From: Occultella glacieicola
GTDB taxonomy: Bacteria; Actinomycetota; Actinomycetes; Actinomycetales; Beutenbergiaceae
NCBI RefSeq assembly: GCF_004353825.1
Contig: NZ_SMNA01000004.1
Span: 310,001 to 374,000, forward strand
Length of the DNA stretch: 64,000 nucleotides
Direction: 5' to 3'
The position numbers were made by a program, and so were the translations under genes. The notes beneath the pieces are model-generated. The model was not told the DNA's origin. It saw only the letters and a list, made by a program, of their open reading frames with translations, and searched no databases. Every line of letters starts with the position of its first letter. The stretch's first letter is position 1. Of this stretch, positions 28,823 to 37,008 are shown piece by piece.

Positions 28823-29785
28823 ATGGATGCGCTGACCGGACTGCTCGACGGACCTCGCGCGCGTGGCGCGTTCCTGATGCGCTCGCTGATGGAACCGCCG
28901 TGGGCGATCCGGATCCGGGACGAGGCTCCGCTGACGGTCGTGGTGATGACCAAGGGCACCGCCTGGATCCTGCCCGATGCCGGTGAGCCGGTGCGGCTGG
29001 ACGCGGGTGACCTGGCGCTCGTGCGCGGCCCGGAGTCTTACACCGTCGCCGAGCCGCCGGAGGCACCGATCGGCGTCTACATCAATCCGGGCCAGCACTG
29101 TCAGGCACCCGACGGCCGGTCCCTCGAGGAGGAGATGCTGCTCGGCGTGCGCACCTGGGGCAACGACCCGGCCGCGGCCACCGAGGTCATCACGGGTGCG
29201 TACGGGGTCGACGGTGAGGTCAGCCAGCGGCTCCTGGACGTGTTGCCGACCATCATCGTCATCCGGGCCGGCGACCCCGCGTCACCAGCCACCCTGACCG
29301 GACTGATCCGCGAGGAGATCATCAAGGACGATCCCGGCCAGGACGTGGTTCTGGACCGGATGCTGGACCTGCTCCTGATCGCGGTGCTGCGGAACTGGCT
29401 GGGGCGGCCCGAGGCGAACCCGCCGGCCTGGTACACGGCCAGTTCCGACCCGATGGTCGGGCACGCTCTTCGGCTGCTGCACAACAACCCCGACCACCCC
29501 TGGACGGTCGCCGGGCTCGCCGCCGAGTGTGGGGTGTCCAGGGCCGCGTTCGCGCGCCGGTTCACCGAACTGGTCGGCCAGGCCCCGATGGCCTACCTCA
29601 CGGACTGGCGGCTCACCATGGCGGCGGACCTGCTTCGGGAGCCGGACGCGACAGTGGCCGCCGTCGCCCGGCGGGTCGGTTACGCGAGTCCGTTCGCGTT
29701 CAGTTCCGCGTTCAAGCGCGTGCGCGGCATCAGCCCGCAGCGGCACCGCACCGGCGCCGCGCTCGCGGGCGTCGGGACCGACTGA
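28823..29785 (+). CDS. AraC family transcriptional regulator (cupin_6 type)
   Basis: MDALTGLLDGPRARGAF, PWTVAGLA...SRAAFARRF, YLTDWR, VGYASPFAFSSAFKR; divergent from nmrA. Confidence 0.93.
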   Translation: MDALTGLLDGPRARGAFLMRSLMEPPWAIRIRDEAPLTVVVMTKGTAWILPDAGEPVRLDAGDLALVRGPESYTVAEPPEAPIGVYINPGQHCQAPDGRSLEEEMLLGVRTWGNDPAAATEVITGAYGVDGEVSQRLLDVLPTIIVIRAGDPASPATLTGLIREEIIKDDPGQDVVLDRMLDLLLIAVLRNWLGRPEANPPAWYTASSDPMVGHALRLLHNNPDHPWTVAGLAAECGVSRAAFARRFTELVGQAPMAYLTDWRLTMAADLLREPDATVAAVARRVGYASPFAFSSAFKRVRGISPQRHRTGAALAGVGTD

Positions 29786-29819
29786 GCCCGACGGCGGAAC
29801 CCGCCTGCCGCCGTCGGGC
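29786..29819. terminator. stem-loop between convergent araC and vapC
   Basis: GCCCGACGGCGG-N10-CCGCCGTCGGGC, perfect 12-bp stem right after the araC stop; no U-tract. Confidence 0.6.
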
Positions 29820-29930
29820 GGTAGTCAGTGGGCCCGAGGGGCGACCAACGCGACCCCGGGTCTGCGCGAAGCCAGCGGACCGTTCCTCGTTGCGCGGCGG
29901 CGGGGTGCCGTCGATCGGTCGCAAGCGTGC

Positions 29931-30341
29931 TCACGGCGTCCGGACTGCACCCGGGGCGATGACGTCGAGCCCTGCGGACCTGGCGGCCTCGCCGAGCCTG
30001 TGATCGTAGGTGAGGACACCCGAGGCATCGAGCCGGATGGCCGCCTCGAGGTGCAATGCGTCGAGGGTGCGCAGGTATGGCATGGGAAGGAAACCGGCGC
30101 TGCGATAGACAGCGCGGTCGAGGGCCGCGAGCGCGACGCCGTCGAGCAGGCGAGTCACATCGGACTGGTCGAGGCCTTCCCGCACCGCAACGCGTCGCAA
30201 CTCGGTCTCGAGCAGATCGCTGGAGACCAACGTGTCCTGGGTCTGGTCGAGCCAATGCAGCAGCGCCGTGCTCTCGGGCTGATCGATCAGCAGCGCGCCG
30301 AGCGCCGACGTGTCGACATAGACGATCGAACCCGACGTCAC
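29931..30341 (-). CDS. vapC: type II TA system VapC (PIN domain) toxin
   Basis: YVDTSAL, ETELRR, LRTLDALHL, LTYDHRL acidic PIN residues; overlaps the antitoxin stop. Confidence 0.92.
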   Translation of the reverse strand: MTSGSIVYVDTSALGALLIDQPESTALLHWLDQTQDTLVSSDLLETELRRVAVREGLDQSDVTRLLDGVALAALDRAVYRSAGFLPMPYLRTLDALHLEAAIRLDASGVLTYDHRLGEAARSAGLDVIAPGAVRTP

Positions 30342-30619
30342 AGCCGATCTCCGCGCAGGTCGTCAAGAGTCGCGGCAAGACCCTCCCTGGTGGACTTGCG
30401 CTCGATTGCCAACGCGGCCCATCCGCCCTCACGCCGCGCCGGACGAGTGATCGGCAGCGCGGGAGCGGGGGCATCGACAGGCACGATTCGAGCGACGGGC
30501 ACGCCACTGTTGGTCAGGACGAAGGAGTGACCTTCGCTCACCGCACGGAGCACTCGCCCGGACTCATTGCGCAACTCGCGCTGCGACAGGCTCTCGATCT
30601 TGGGGTCGCTGGAACTCAT
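30338..30619 (-). CDS. type II TA system Phd/YefM family antitoxin
   Basis: SQRELRNESGRVLRAV...FVLTNSGVPVARIVP; acidic tail LDDLRGDR. Confidence 0.9.
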   Translation of the reverse strand: MSSSDPKIESLSQRELRNESGRVLRAVSEGHSFVLTNSGVPVARIVPVDAPAPALPITRPARREGGWAALAIERKSTREGLAATLDDLRGDRL

Positions 30620-30628
30620 GGAACCGAG

Positions 30629-30646
30629 CGTAGCACTCGTGCTACG
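30629..30646. promoter_or_regulatory. TA autoregulatory operator overlapping a leaderless promoter
   Basis: Inverted repeat CGTAGCAC-TC-GTGCTACG; minus-strand TACGCT lies 7 nt before the antitoxin ATG. Confidence 0.7.
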
Positions 30647-30686
30647 GGCCTTCGCTCTTGAGGTCGGGGTCGATCGTGGCGGCCGC

Positions 30687-30727
30687 CAGCAACGCTGGAC
30701 TCGAGGAGGTGACAGTCCAGGTTGCTG
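30687..30727 (-). terminator. stem-loop downstream of gntR
   Basis: CAGCAAC(G)CTGGACT...AGTCCAGGTTGCTG, 14-bp stem with a one-base bulge, between the gntR stop and the TA promoter. Confidence 0.5.
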
Positions 30728-30748
30728 ATGTCTGGGTCGAGAGCGCGA

Positions 30749-31519
30749 TCAGCGAGGGCCGCGGGCGCGGTCGCCATGCTGGTGATGGAACCGTACGCGC
30801 TGCCCGATCCAGACCGTGCGCGAGGCTTCGATGAGTGCGCCCTCGCTGTCGATACTGACGGCATTGACGACCATCAGGGGAGCCTCCTGCGGGCAGCGCA
30901 GGATCTCCGCGAACTCAGGGGATGCGGTCTCCGGATGGAGGTAGCTGTGTACTTCGGTCGCGACGATGCCGTACCGGCTCTCCAGGGTGGTGGACAGGGA
31001 CCCCTCGATGAGCGGCATGGACTCGATCCCTGGCGCGACGGCCGGTGCGAGCCAGGAATCGGACATGCCGATCGGGTTTCCGTCGACGAGTTGCAGGCGG
31101 CGGAACCAGCGTGGCCCGATGTCGCCGTGGGCGAGGTCCAGGTCGAACAACAGCGCGACGGGCGGCGCTCGAATGTGTTCGGTCGGGACCTCGACGGACG
31201 TCGCCTGCATCCCGGAAGTCGCGAGCCGGTCGCGCCAGGGCTGAGCGATCGCGAGATCGTGCTGGACCACCTGCACGGTCTCCGAGACGAACGTGCCCGA
31301 CCCCTGTCGACGATGGATGTAGCCCTCGTCGGCGAGCGAGCTCAGGGCCTGCCGGACCGTGATCCGGCTGACGCCGTAGTTCTCCGCCAACTCGTTCTCG
31401 CTCGGCAACTGCGCCCCGGACGCGAGTTCGCGTTGCTCGATCCGCCGCCTGATGTCACGGGCGATCTGCCCCCACCGTGCAACGGGAGACCGTCGATCCG
31501 TTGTCGCCGCCATAGTCAT
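30749..31519 (-). CDS. GntR family regulator, HutC/UTRA subfamily
   Basis: LPSENELAENYGVSRITVRQAL...GSGTFV wHTH plus UTRA-like C-terminal domain; start 31519 or 31513. Confidence 0.93.
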   Translation of the reverse strand: MTMAATTDRRSPVARWGQIARDIRRRIEQRELASGAQLPSENELAENYGVSRITVRQALSSLADEGYIHRRQGSGTFVSETVQVVQHDLAIAQPWRDRLATSGMQATSVEVPTEHIRAPPVALLFDLDLAHGDIGPRWFRRLQLVDGNPIGMSDSWLAPAVAPGIESMPLIEGSLSTTLESRYGIVATEVHSYLHPETASPEFAEILRCPQEAPLMVVNAVSIDSEGALIEASRTVWIGQRVRFHHQHGDRARGPR

Positions 31520-31585
31520 CCCCACCCGCTCCCGACCCGTGGGCAACTGTGCCATGCCCCGTGCCGCAAGAGTCCCGTACCGAAG

Positions 31586-31621
31586 TTGTCTTGACAAGGA
31601 TACCCTTAAAGGTACTAAGGT
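31586..31621 (+). promoter_or_regulatory. promoter of the 13-gene operon with HutC/GntR-type operator over the -35
   Basis: TTGTC-TT-GACAA palindrome at 31586-31597 contains TTGACA (31591-31596); AT-rich spacer; candidate -10 TACTAA or TAAGGT; RBS AGGAGG before 31656. Confidence 0.65.
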
Positions 31622-31655
31622 CCCTACAACCAGATGGGCGACCAGGAGGTGAACG

Positions 31656-32615
31656 ATGGACGACATCCGCCAGGTGGCACTCGGTCACGTCGTCATCGAC
31701 GACATCGTGCTCACGGACGGACGAGAACTGACGGGGATGCTCGGTGGCGCCGGTGCCTACGCCGCCCTCGGACAGGCGCTAAGCAGCGGCCGCAGGGTGG
31801 CCCTGCTCTCCGGGATCGGGGCGGACTTCCCGCCGGAGGCGGCCATGCACCTACGGGCTGCAGGCGTCGACCCCGACGCGTTGACCGTCCTGAACGAGCA
31901 CACCCCGCGGACCAGGATCCGCTACTTCGCGGATGGCGAGCGCGAGGAGTCGCCGGCGTACGGCATGACGCACTTCGTCGCCCTCGACCCGACCGCGGCG
32001 ATGCTGCCGCACGGACTCGGCGACCTGTCCGGGGTCTATGCGTTCGCTTCGGTCGAGGACCCGCTCTGGCAGGACGTGCCCGATCTCGCCCGGACGAGCG
32101 GCGCCACTCTGCTGTGGGAGATCCACGCCGACTCGTGCGCGCCGGGCCGGTTCGACGAGGTGGCGGCCCGGTTGGCCGAGGTCGACATCCTTTCCCTCAA
32201 CCGTGCCGAGGCGCGGAACTTGTGTGGCAGCGCGGACCTGACCGTGTGCCTCCGTCGGCTCCTGGAGCACGTCGGCGTGCTCGCGCTGCGGCTCGGGTCG
32301 GACGGCGCGCTTGTCGCCACCCGCACGCGCGTCGCCCGCGCGCGACCCGCGGCGCGAGCCGTGATCGACCCGACCGGGGCCGGCAACGCGTTCAGCGGTG
32401 CGCTCGTCGGCGCGTGGCCCGCCGCCACCACCGGCGAGGAGACAGACCTGAGGTCCCCGCTGGCAGCAGCGATGGCAGCCGCGGCCCTGACCATCGACCA
32501 GTACGGCCCGCCACCGGTGACCGAGTCGGTGCGCGCCAGTTTTCGCGCGCTGGCCCGCTCGGTCGAGGTCACCCTCGCACCCCTCGACTCCCTACAGAAC
32601 GGAACACAGCTGTGA
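31656..32615 (+). CDS. PfkB family carbohydrate kinase, MAK32-like (GAGN anion hole)
   Basis: LGHVVIDDI...LGGAGAYAALG, SLNRAEA, LRLGSDGA, IDPTGAGNAFSGA. Confidence 0.85.
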   Translation: MDDIRQVALGHVVIDDIVLTDGRELTGMLGGAGAYAALGQALSSGRRVALLSGIGADFPPEAAMHLRAAGVDPDALTVLNEHTPRTRIRYFADGEREESPAYGMTHFVALDPTAAMLPHGLGDLSGVYAFASVEDPLWQDVPDLARTSGATLLWEIHADSCAPGRFDEVAARLAEVDILSLNRAEARNLCGSADLTVCLRRLLEHVGVLALRLGSDGALVATRTRVARARPAARAVIDPTGAGNAFSGALVGAWPAATTGEETDLRSPLAAAMAAAALTIDQYGPPPVTESVRASFRALARSVEVTLAPLDSLQNGTQL

Positions 32616-33724
32616 TCAACCCGAACGCCCTGCACGATCAGGTGACCAGCCTGCCTGCCCTGATCAAGGAGCAGACCTGGCGCCTCGAGGAGGACCTGCG
32701 CAAGTCCGTCCCCACGCCGGTCCAGCACGCGATCCGACACGTCGTGCTCACCGGTTCCGGTGACTCGGCGATCGCTGGCCTGGCTGCCGAGCAGACGTTC
32801 CGGCGGTTCGTCGGCGTGCCCGTGTACGCCGGTGAGTCGCTCGCCGTAAGCAGGTTCCTGCTCGACTCCTATGGCAACGAGTACCCGCACACGCCGATGC
32901 TGCTCGCCACGTCGAACTCGGGCGAGGTCGCCCGGGTCGTCGAGGCAGCTCAGCGGGCCGCCGCGGCCGGCGGCTACGTCGTCGGCCTCACCGGGAACGC
33001 GCAGTCGCGGCTGGCCCGGACATCGCAGAGCATCGTCGACGTAGGGGCGCCCGCGTTCCCGGCCGCACCCGGGATGCGCAGCTACGTCATGGCCGTCCTC
33101 GCGCTCAACCTGTTCGCGATCCGGTTCGCCGAGGTGCGGGGGCGTATCACCATGGATGAGGCGCAGGCGCTGCGCGGCGAACTCGCCGGACTCTCCGACG
33201 TGGTTGAGCAGGCGATCGTGACGGCCGATGCTCCGCTGCGTTCCTTGGTGCAGGACTGGCGCGACCTCCAGGGGGTGGAATTCCTCGGCTCGGGGCCGTC
33301 GCGCGCTTCTGCGGCGTTCGGGGTGGCCAAGATCCTCGAGGCCGTCGGCAAGCAGTCTGCCCACGTCGATCTCGAGGAGTTCATCCACCTGAACTACTTC
33401 GAGCGGGCGGCCACCGGCATCGGCACCGTCGTACTGGCGCCGGCCGGCTCCCCGGTCCGCAGCCGCGCGGACGAGCTCGCGCCACTGCTGAACAACCTCG
33501 GCCGGCCGTGGGCCGCCATCGGCTCGGTCACCGACGCGCCCGTCAGCATCGAGATCCCGCAGGTGCGGGAGGAGTTCGCCCCGGTGGTCCAGGCCGCCGT
33601 GCTCGGTCTCCTCGCCGCTCACCTCATGGACGCAACGGGGGAGGAGCCGGGCCGCGGCGCCGTCGGCCCATGGGCGGATTGCGCGGACGGCGCCACCACC
33701 CGCGACAGCCAGATCGTCCTCTGA
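32612..33724 (+). CDS. SIS-domain protein (GlmS C-terminal/FrlB/AgaS-like isomerase or deglycase)
   Basis: GTG overlaps the kinase stop; LTGSGDS, SNSGEV, LTGNAQSRLA, second SIS FLGSGPS...AKILE, LEEFIH. Confidence 0.88.
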   Translation: MINPNALHDQVTSLPALIKEQTWRLEEDLRKSVPTPVQHAIRHVVLTGSGDSAIAGLAAEQTFRRFVGVPVYAGESLAVSRFLLDSYGNEYPHTPMLLATSNSGEVARVVEAAQRAAAAGGYVVGLTGNAQSRLARTSQSIVDVGAPAFPAAPGMRSYVMAVLALNLFAIRFAEVRGRITMDEAQALRGELAGLSDVVEQAIVTADAPLRSLVQDWRDLQGVEFLGSGPSRASAAFGVAKILEAVGKQSAHVDLEEFIHLNYFERAATGIGTVVLAPAGSPVRSRADELAPLLNNLGRPWAAIGSVTDAPVSIEIPQVREEFAPVVQAAVLGLLAAHLMDATGEEPGRGAVGPWADCADGATTRDSQIVL

Positions 33725-33752
33725 GACGACGAGCAGACAAGGACCCCAGACC

Positions 33753-34172
33753 ATGACCAGCCGCCACCCACTACAGACCAATGGCAACGAGGCCTACGAC
33801 ATCCAGCCCGAGATCAACGACGCGGTCACCGAGAGCGGCGTCCAGGAGGGCCTGGTGACGATCGTCGCACCACACACCACCGCGGCGCTCGGAATCATCT
33901 CCTACCACGACCCGCTCGGGCTCGAGGACGTGATGGACGAGTTCCAGCGCCTGGTTCCTGCGCGGATCACCTTCAAGCACGAGCACGACACTCCGCAGGA
34001 CGCAGCCGGACACGTGCTGTCGACGATGGTGGGACCGACGCTCACGCTGATCGTCACCGGCGGCGAGGTGCTCCTCGGGCACTCCCAGAAGGTGTTCTTC
34101 CTCGAGTTCGATGGTCCCCGCAGGCGCCAGTTCTTCGTCAAGGTCACCGCCGACCCGACCCCCGGGGCCTGA
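33753..34172 (+). CDS. yjbQ: YjbQ/UPF0047 family protein (divergent)
   Basis: PHTTAA, FKH, AAGH, LLG..Q.VFFLEFDGPRRR. Confidence 0.88.
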   Translation: MTSRHPLQTNGNEAYDIQPEINDAVTESGVQEGLVTIVAPHTTAALGIISYHDPLGLEDVMDEFQRLVPARITFKHEHDTPQDAAGHVLSTMVGPTLTLIVTGGEVLLGHSQKVFFLEFDGPRRRQFFVKVTADPTPGA

Positions 34173-34175
34173 CCC

Positions 34176-35120
34176 ATGGACGCCGTCGACGCGATCGAGC
34201 CGCACCCGAGAACGACCGGCCCGGACGACGTGCTCGGTCGTTACCGGTACGCAGCGAACATCCCCGCCAACGGGCTCATGATCGATGGCCGGCCGGCCCT
34301 CACCCAACTCGACCCATCCCGGATCGGGCGGTACGTGCTGCTCGTCGTTCGCGACCCCTTGTGCGCCTACGACGAGGACCCGGCCGCCCAGTTCGCCGCC
34401 GAGCTCGACGACGCGGAGCTCGTGGGTCGCTCCGGGATGTTCACCACGTATTCGGGGACTTACGGCGATGCCCCGGTGACCGTGCTCAGCGGGGGATCGG
34501 GCGGCCCCGAGGTGGAGCTCGCGCTCATGGAACTGTTCGAGCACACGAACGCGGACACTTTCATCCGGGTCGGTGGTTCCGGAGGCATGCACGCCCGCGT
34601 GCAACCGGGCGACCTCGTCATCGCCACCGGTGTGGTTCGCGACGAGGGCGTCAGCCAGGCGTACATCCCGCAGGCCTATCCGGGCGTCTGCTCGCCGGAG
34701 GTCGTGCTCGCGCTGACGCAGGCCGCGGCCGGTCACGGCGCACCGTTCCACCTCGGACTCACCCGGTCCACAGACTCGGACTTCGTGGCCGGCGGCCGGC
34801 CCGCTGCGCGCGGCTACTTCCAGCCCGCCCATCTGGACCTCGTGGAGACCTGGACCAGGGCCGGCGTCCTCAACGGAGATCGCGAGTCCGCGGCGATCGT
34901 CACCCTCGCGAGCCTGTTCGGGCTCCGTGGCGGCTCGATCTGCTCGGTCGCCGACAACATCGTCACCGGCGCGAGGTTCATGCCGGGGGCCGGTCACACC
35001 GACGCGATGAGGGTCGCGCTCGACGGTGTCGCCGTGCTTCACGCCATGGATCGCGCGCGCGAGGCCGCCGGGCTTGCCATGTGGATACCAGCGCTCTCCG
35101 AAGCGGGTGGGTCCGCATGA
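34176..35120 (+). CDS. nucleoside phosphorylase (PNP/UDP family), uridine-phosphorylase-like but divergent
   Basis: GSGGPEVELALMEL, FIRVG, PGDLVIATGVVRDEGVSQAY, GDRESAAI, SVADN. Confidence 0.85.
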   Translation: MDAVDAIEPHPRTTGPDDVLGRYRYAANIPANGLMIDGRPALTQLDPSRIGRYVLLVVRDPLCAYDEDPAAQFAAELDDAELVGRSGMFTTYSGTYGDAPVTVLSGGSGGPEVELALMELFEHTNADTFIRVGGSGGMHARVQPGDLVIATGVVRDEGVSQAYIPQAYPGVCSPEVVLALTQAAAGHGAPFHLGLTRSTDSDFVAGGRPAARGYFQPAHLDLVETWTRAGVLNGDRESAAIVTLASLFGLRGGSICSVADNIVTGARFMPGAGHTDAMRVALDGVAVLHAMDRAREAAGLAMWIPALSEAGGSA

Positions 35121-36040
35121 GAACGGTCCTTGTCGACGGCGGACTGAGCCGCGACCATCTGGTCACCGTCGGTCAGCCGCCCCGCTTCGACGAGCCGGGC
35201 GGGCCGGGCGTCTACGCGAGCCTGGCTGCGGTCCTCGCGGTCTCGCTGCTGCGGCATCGGAGTGCGGAATCGATGCAGGTGGCGCTGAGCACGACCCTGC
35301 CGAGAGCCGATGAGGACATTCGGGCGGTGCTCGCCGGGGCGGGCGTCGACCTCAGCCTGTGCGTGGACGGCCCGGCGATCCCGAAGCTCTGGATCCTCAA
35401 CTCCCCGCAGGGGCGGCGGATCGTGCGGACTGCTGCGTCGGCGACGGCACACGAACTCGACGAGACGGACGACCTGGGGACTGCGCCACCCGCCCAGCTG
35501 GGCGCCACCGCGCCCGATGTCCTACTCCGGTGTGCGCCCACCCGGGCGCTCGAAGGTCGACGCCCGGCGGTCACGCTCGTCGACCCGGACCAGCAGTCCC
35601 TGGCGGTCGGCGGCTGGGACTACGTTGCCGAACTCACCCCACGGACCGACGTCTATCTGCCAAGTCGTGTGCAACTGACCCAGCTCGGTGCCGACCCGGT
35701 GGAAGCGGCGTGGGAACTGCGGCGCAGGACGGGCAGGTCGGTGGTCGCCAGGCTCGACGCCGAGGGATCCCTCGTCCTGCCCCCCGGCGGGGGAGCCTGG
35801 CGGGTCGCCGCCGGGACGGTCGACGTCGAGGAGACCACAGGTGCCGGCGACAGTCACGCCGGCGCGTTGGCGGCCGCACTGGCGCAGCCGGGCACGACGC
35901 TCGTCGACGCAACCCTGATCGCCACCGCAGCCGTCGCCCACAACCTTGCGGCGCCCGGAATCGCCGGCCTGATCGGCGGCGACGAGATCACCGAGAACGA
36001 GCTGCGCGGCATTCGCGTGGAGGAACAGGAGCAGCCGTGA
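35117..36040 (+). CDS. PfkB family carbohydrate kinase (divergent)
   Basis: ATG overlaps the previous stop; PGGPGVYASLA, YLPS, VARLDAEGS, ETTGAGDSHAGA. Confidence 0.82.
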   Translation: MRTVLVDGGLSRDHLVTVGQPPRFDEPGGPGVYASLAAVLAVSLLRHRSAESMQVALSTTLPRADEDIRAVLAGAGVDLSLCVDGPAIPKLWILNSPQGRRIVRTAASATAHELDETDDLGTAPPAQLGATAPDVLLRCAPTRALEGRRPAVTLVDPDQQSLAVGGWDYVAELTPRTDVYLPSRVQLTQLGADPVEAAWELRRRTGRSVVARLDAEGSLVLPPGGGAWRVAAGTVDVEETTGAGDSHAGALAAALAQPGTTLVDATLIATAAVAHNLAAPGIAGLIGGDEITENELRGIRVEEQEQP

Positions 36041-36960
36041 CCGACCAGCACACCGCAGCCGCAGCACTCGGCGGCCTCGCAGTTCCCGACATCACGCCAC
36101 TCGGCGGGCGCCGGGCTGCCTTCCTCGGCTGCGGAGACTCACTCGCGGCCGCGAGAGGGGCCGAGGCCGACGGGCATCGGGTCCTGTCCGCCGGTGACGT
36201 CGCCTGGAGCGGCAGCGCCCCTCGCGGGGTCGACCTGGTGGTCCCGCTGTCCTGGTCCGGGCGGACCGGGGCGACGATCCGCGCAGCCCAGGTGGCCAAG
36301 GACGCCGGCCTACCGGTCCTGTCGATCACCTCCAACCCTGCCTCCCCACTGGCCGAGCTCTCGGACGAGCACATCGCCCTGCCTCCCAACGACATCGCCG
36401 AGGACATCCCGGCGATCGGCTACGCGCTGCACTCGTCCGCGATCGCACGGCTGGTCGGCCTCGCCAGTCCGGACCCCGCCACCCTCGCCCGGGACTGGGC
36501 CGATGCCGGACAGGGCGTAGCCCGTGTCGTCACGGCCGCGGGCGGTGAACCGGCCGGGATCACGATCGCGAGCATGCCGGACGCACACGGCGCCGCCGAG
36601 TTCTGGATGCTCAAGATCATCGAGGCCACCGGCATCACGGTCCGGACCGCGTCGATCGAGGAGATCGGTCACGTGGACTACTTCCTCGGCCCGCAGGCCC
36701 ATCTGACCCTGATCGTCTCTGGCGCTGCCGACGCGCCCCGGGCGGACGGGCTCGGTGCCGCGCTGGGCCGCAACGGCCAGCGCGTGGTCCAGATCCGGCT
36801 CAGCGACTTCACCGCCGCGGCTGGGACCGAACGCGAGATCCTCGGCGGTCTCATCGGCGCCGATGTGGCCGCCGGTCTCGCGGTCGCGTGGGGCAGGCCC
36901 CACTTCAGAGGCGGCGTCGTCGACATGTCGGCGCAGCACATCCAGGTGCCGGTCGCCTGA
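36037..36960 (+). CDS. SIS-domain protein (second, shorter paralog)
   Basis: GTG overlaps the previous stop; FLGCGDS, LSWSGRT, ITSNPASPLA, LKIIEATG, IEEIGH. Confidence 0.85.
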   Translation: MTDQHTAAAALGGLAVPDITPLGGRRAAFLGCGDSLAAARGAEADGHRVLSAGDVAWSGSAPRGVDLVVPLSWSGRTGATIRAAQVAKDAGLPVLSITSNPASPLAELSDEHIALPPNDIAEDIPAIGYALHSSAIARLVGLASPDPATLARDWADAGQGVARVVTAAGGEPAGITIASMPDAHGAAEFWMLKIIEATGITVRTASIEEIGHVDYFLGPQAHLTLIVSGAADAPRADGLGAALGRNGQRVVQIRLSDFTAAAGTEREILGGLIGADVAAGLAVAWGRPHFRGGVVDMSAQHIQVPVA

Positions 36961-37008
36961 CCGGACCCACCCCCCGGAGAACCCACATCTCAACGAGGAG
37001 CGTCACCC

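Noticed and set aside
27413..29785. DUF1772-NmrA-AraC trio as a secondary-metabolite cluster
   Set aside because: A common stand-alone actinobacterial module; no PKS, NRPS or other biosynthetic genes nearby.
29826..29845. GTGGGCCCGAGGGG, resembling a reverse-complemented tRNA 3' end or att site next to the TA module
   Set aside because: It lacks the TTCGA T-loop, I saw no second copy, and there is no integrase in the window.
31634..33724. ORF-track entries that look like fusions or frameshifts (also 557-2362, 14757-16499, 17321-19051, 23083-24918, 34361-36040, 35359-36960, 39539-42343)
   Set aside because: The N-terminal parts are off-frame read-through of the upstream gene. The real starts sit at stop/start overlaps or RBS sites, and both neighbours are complete.
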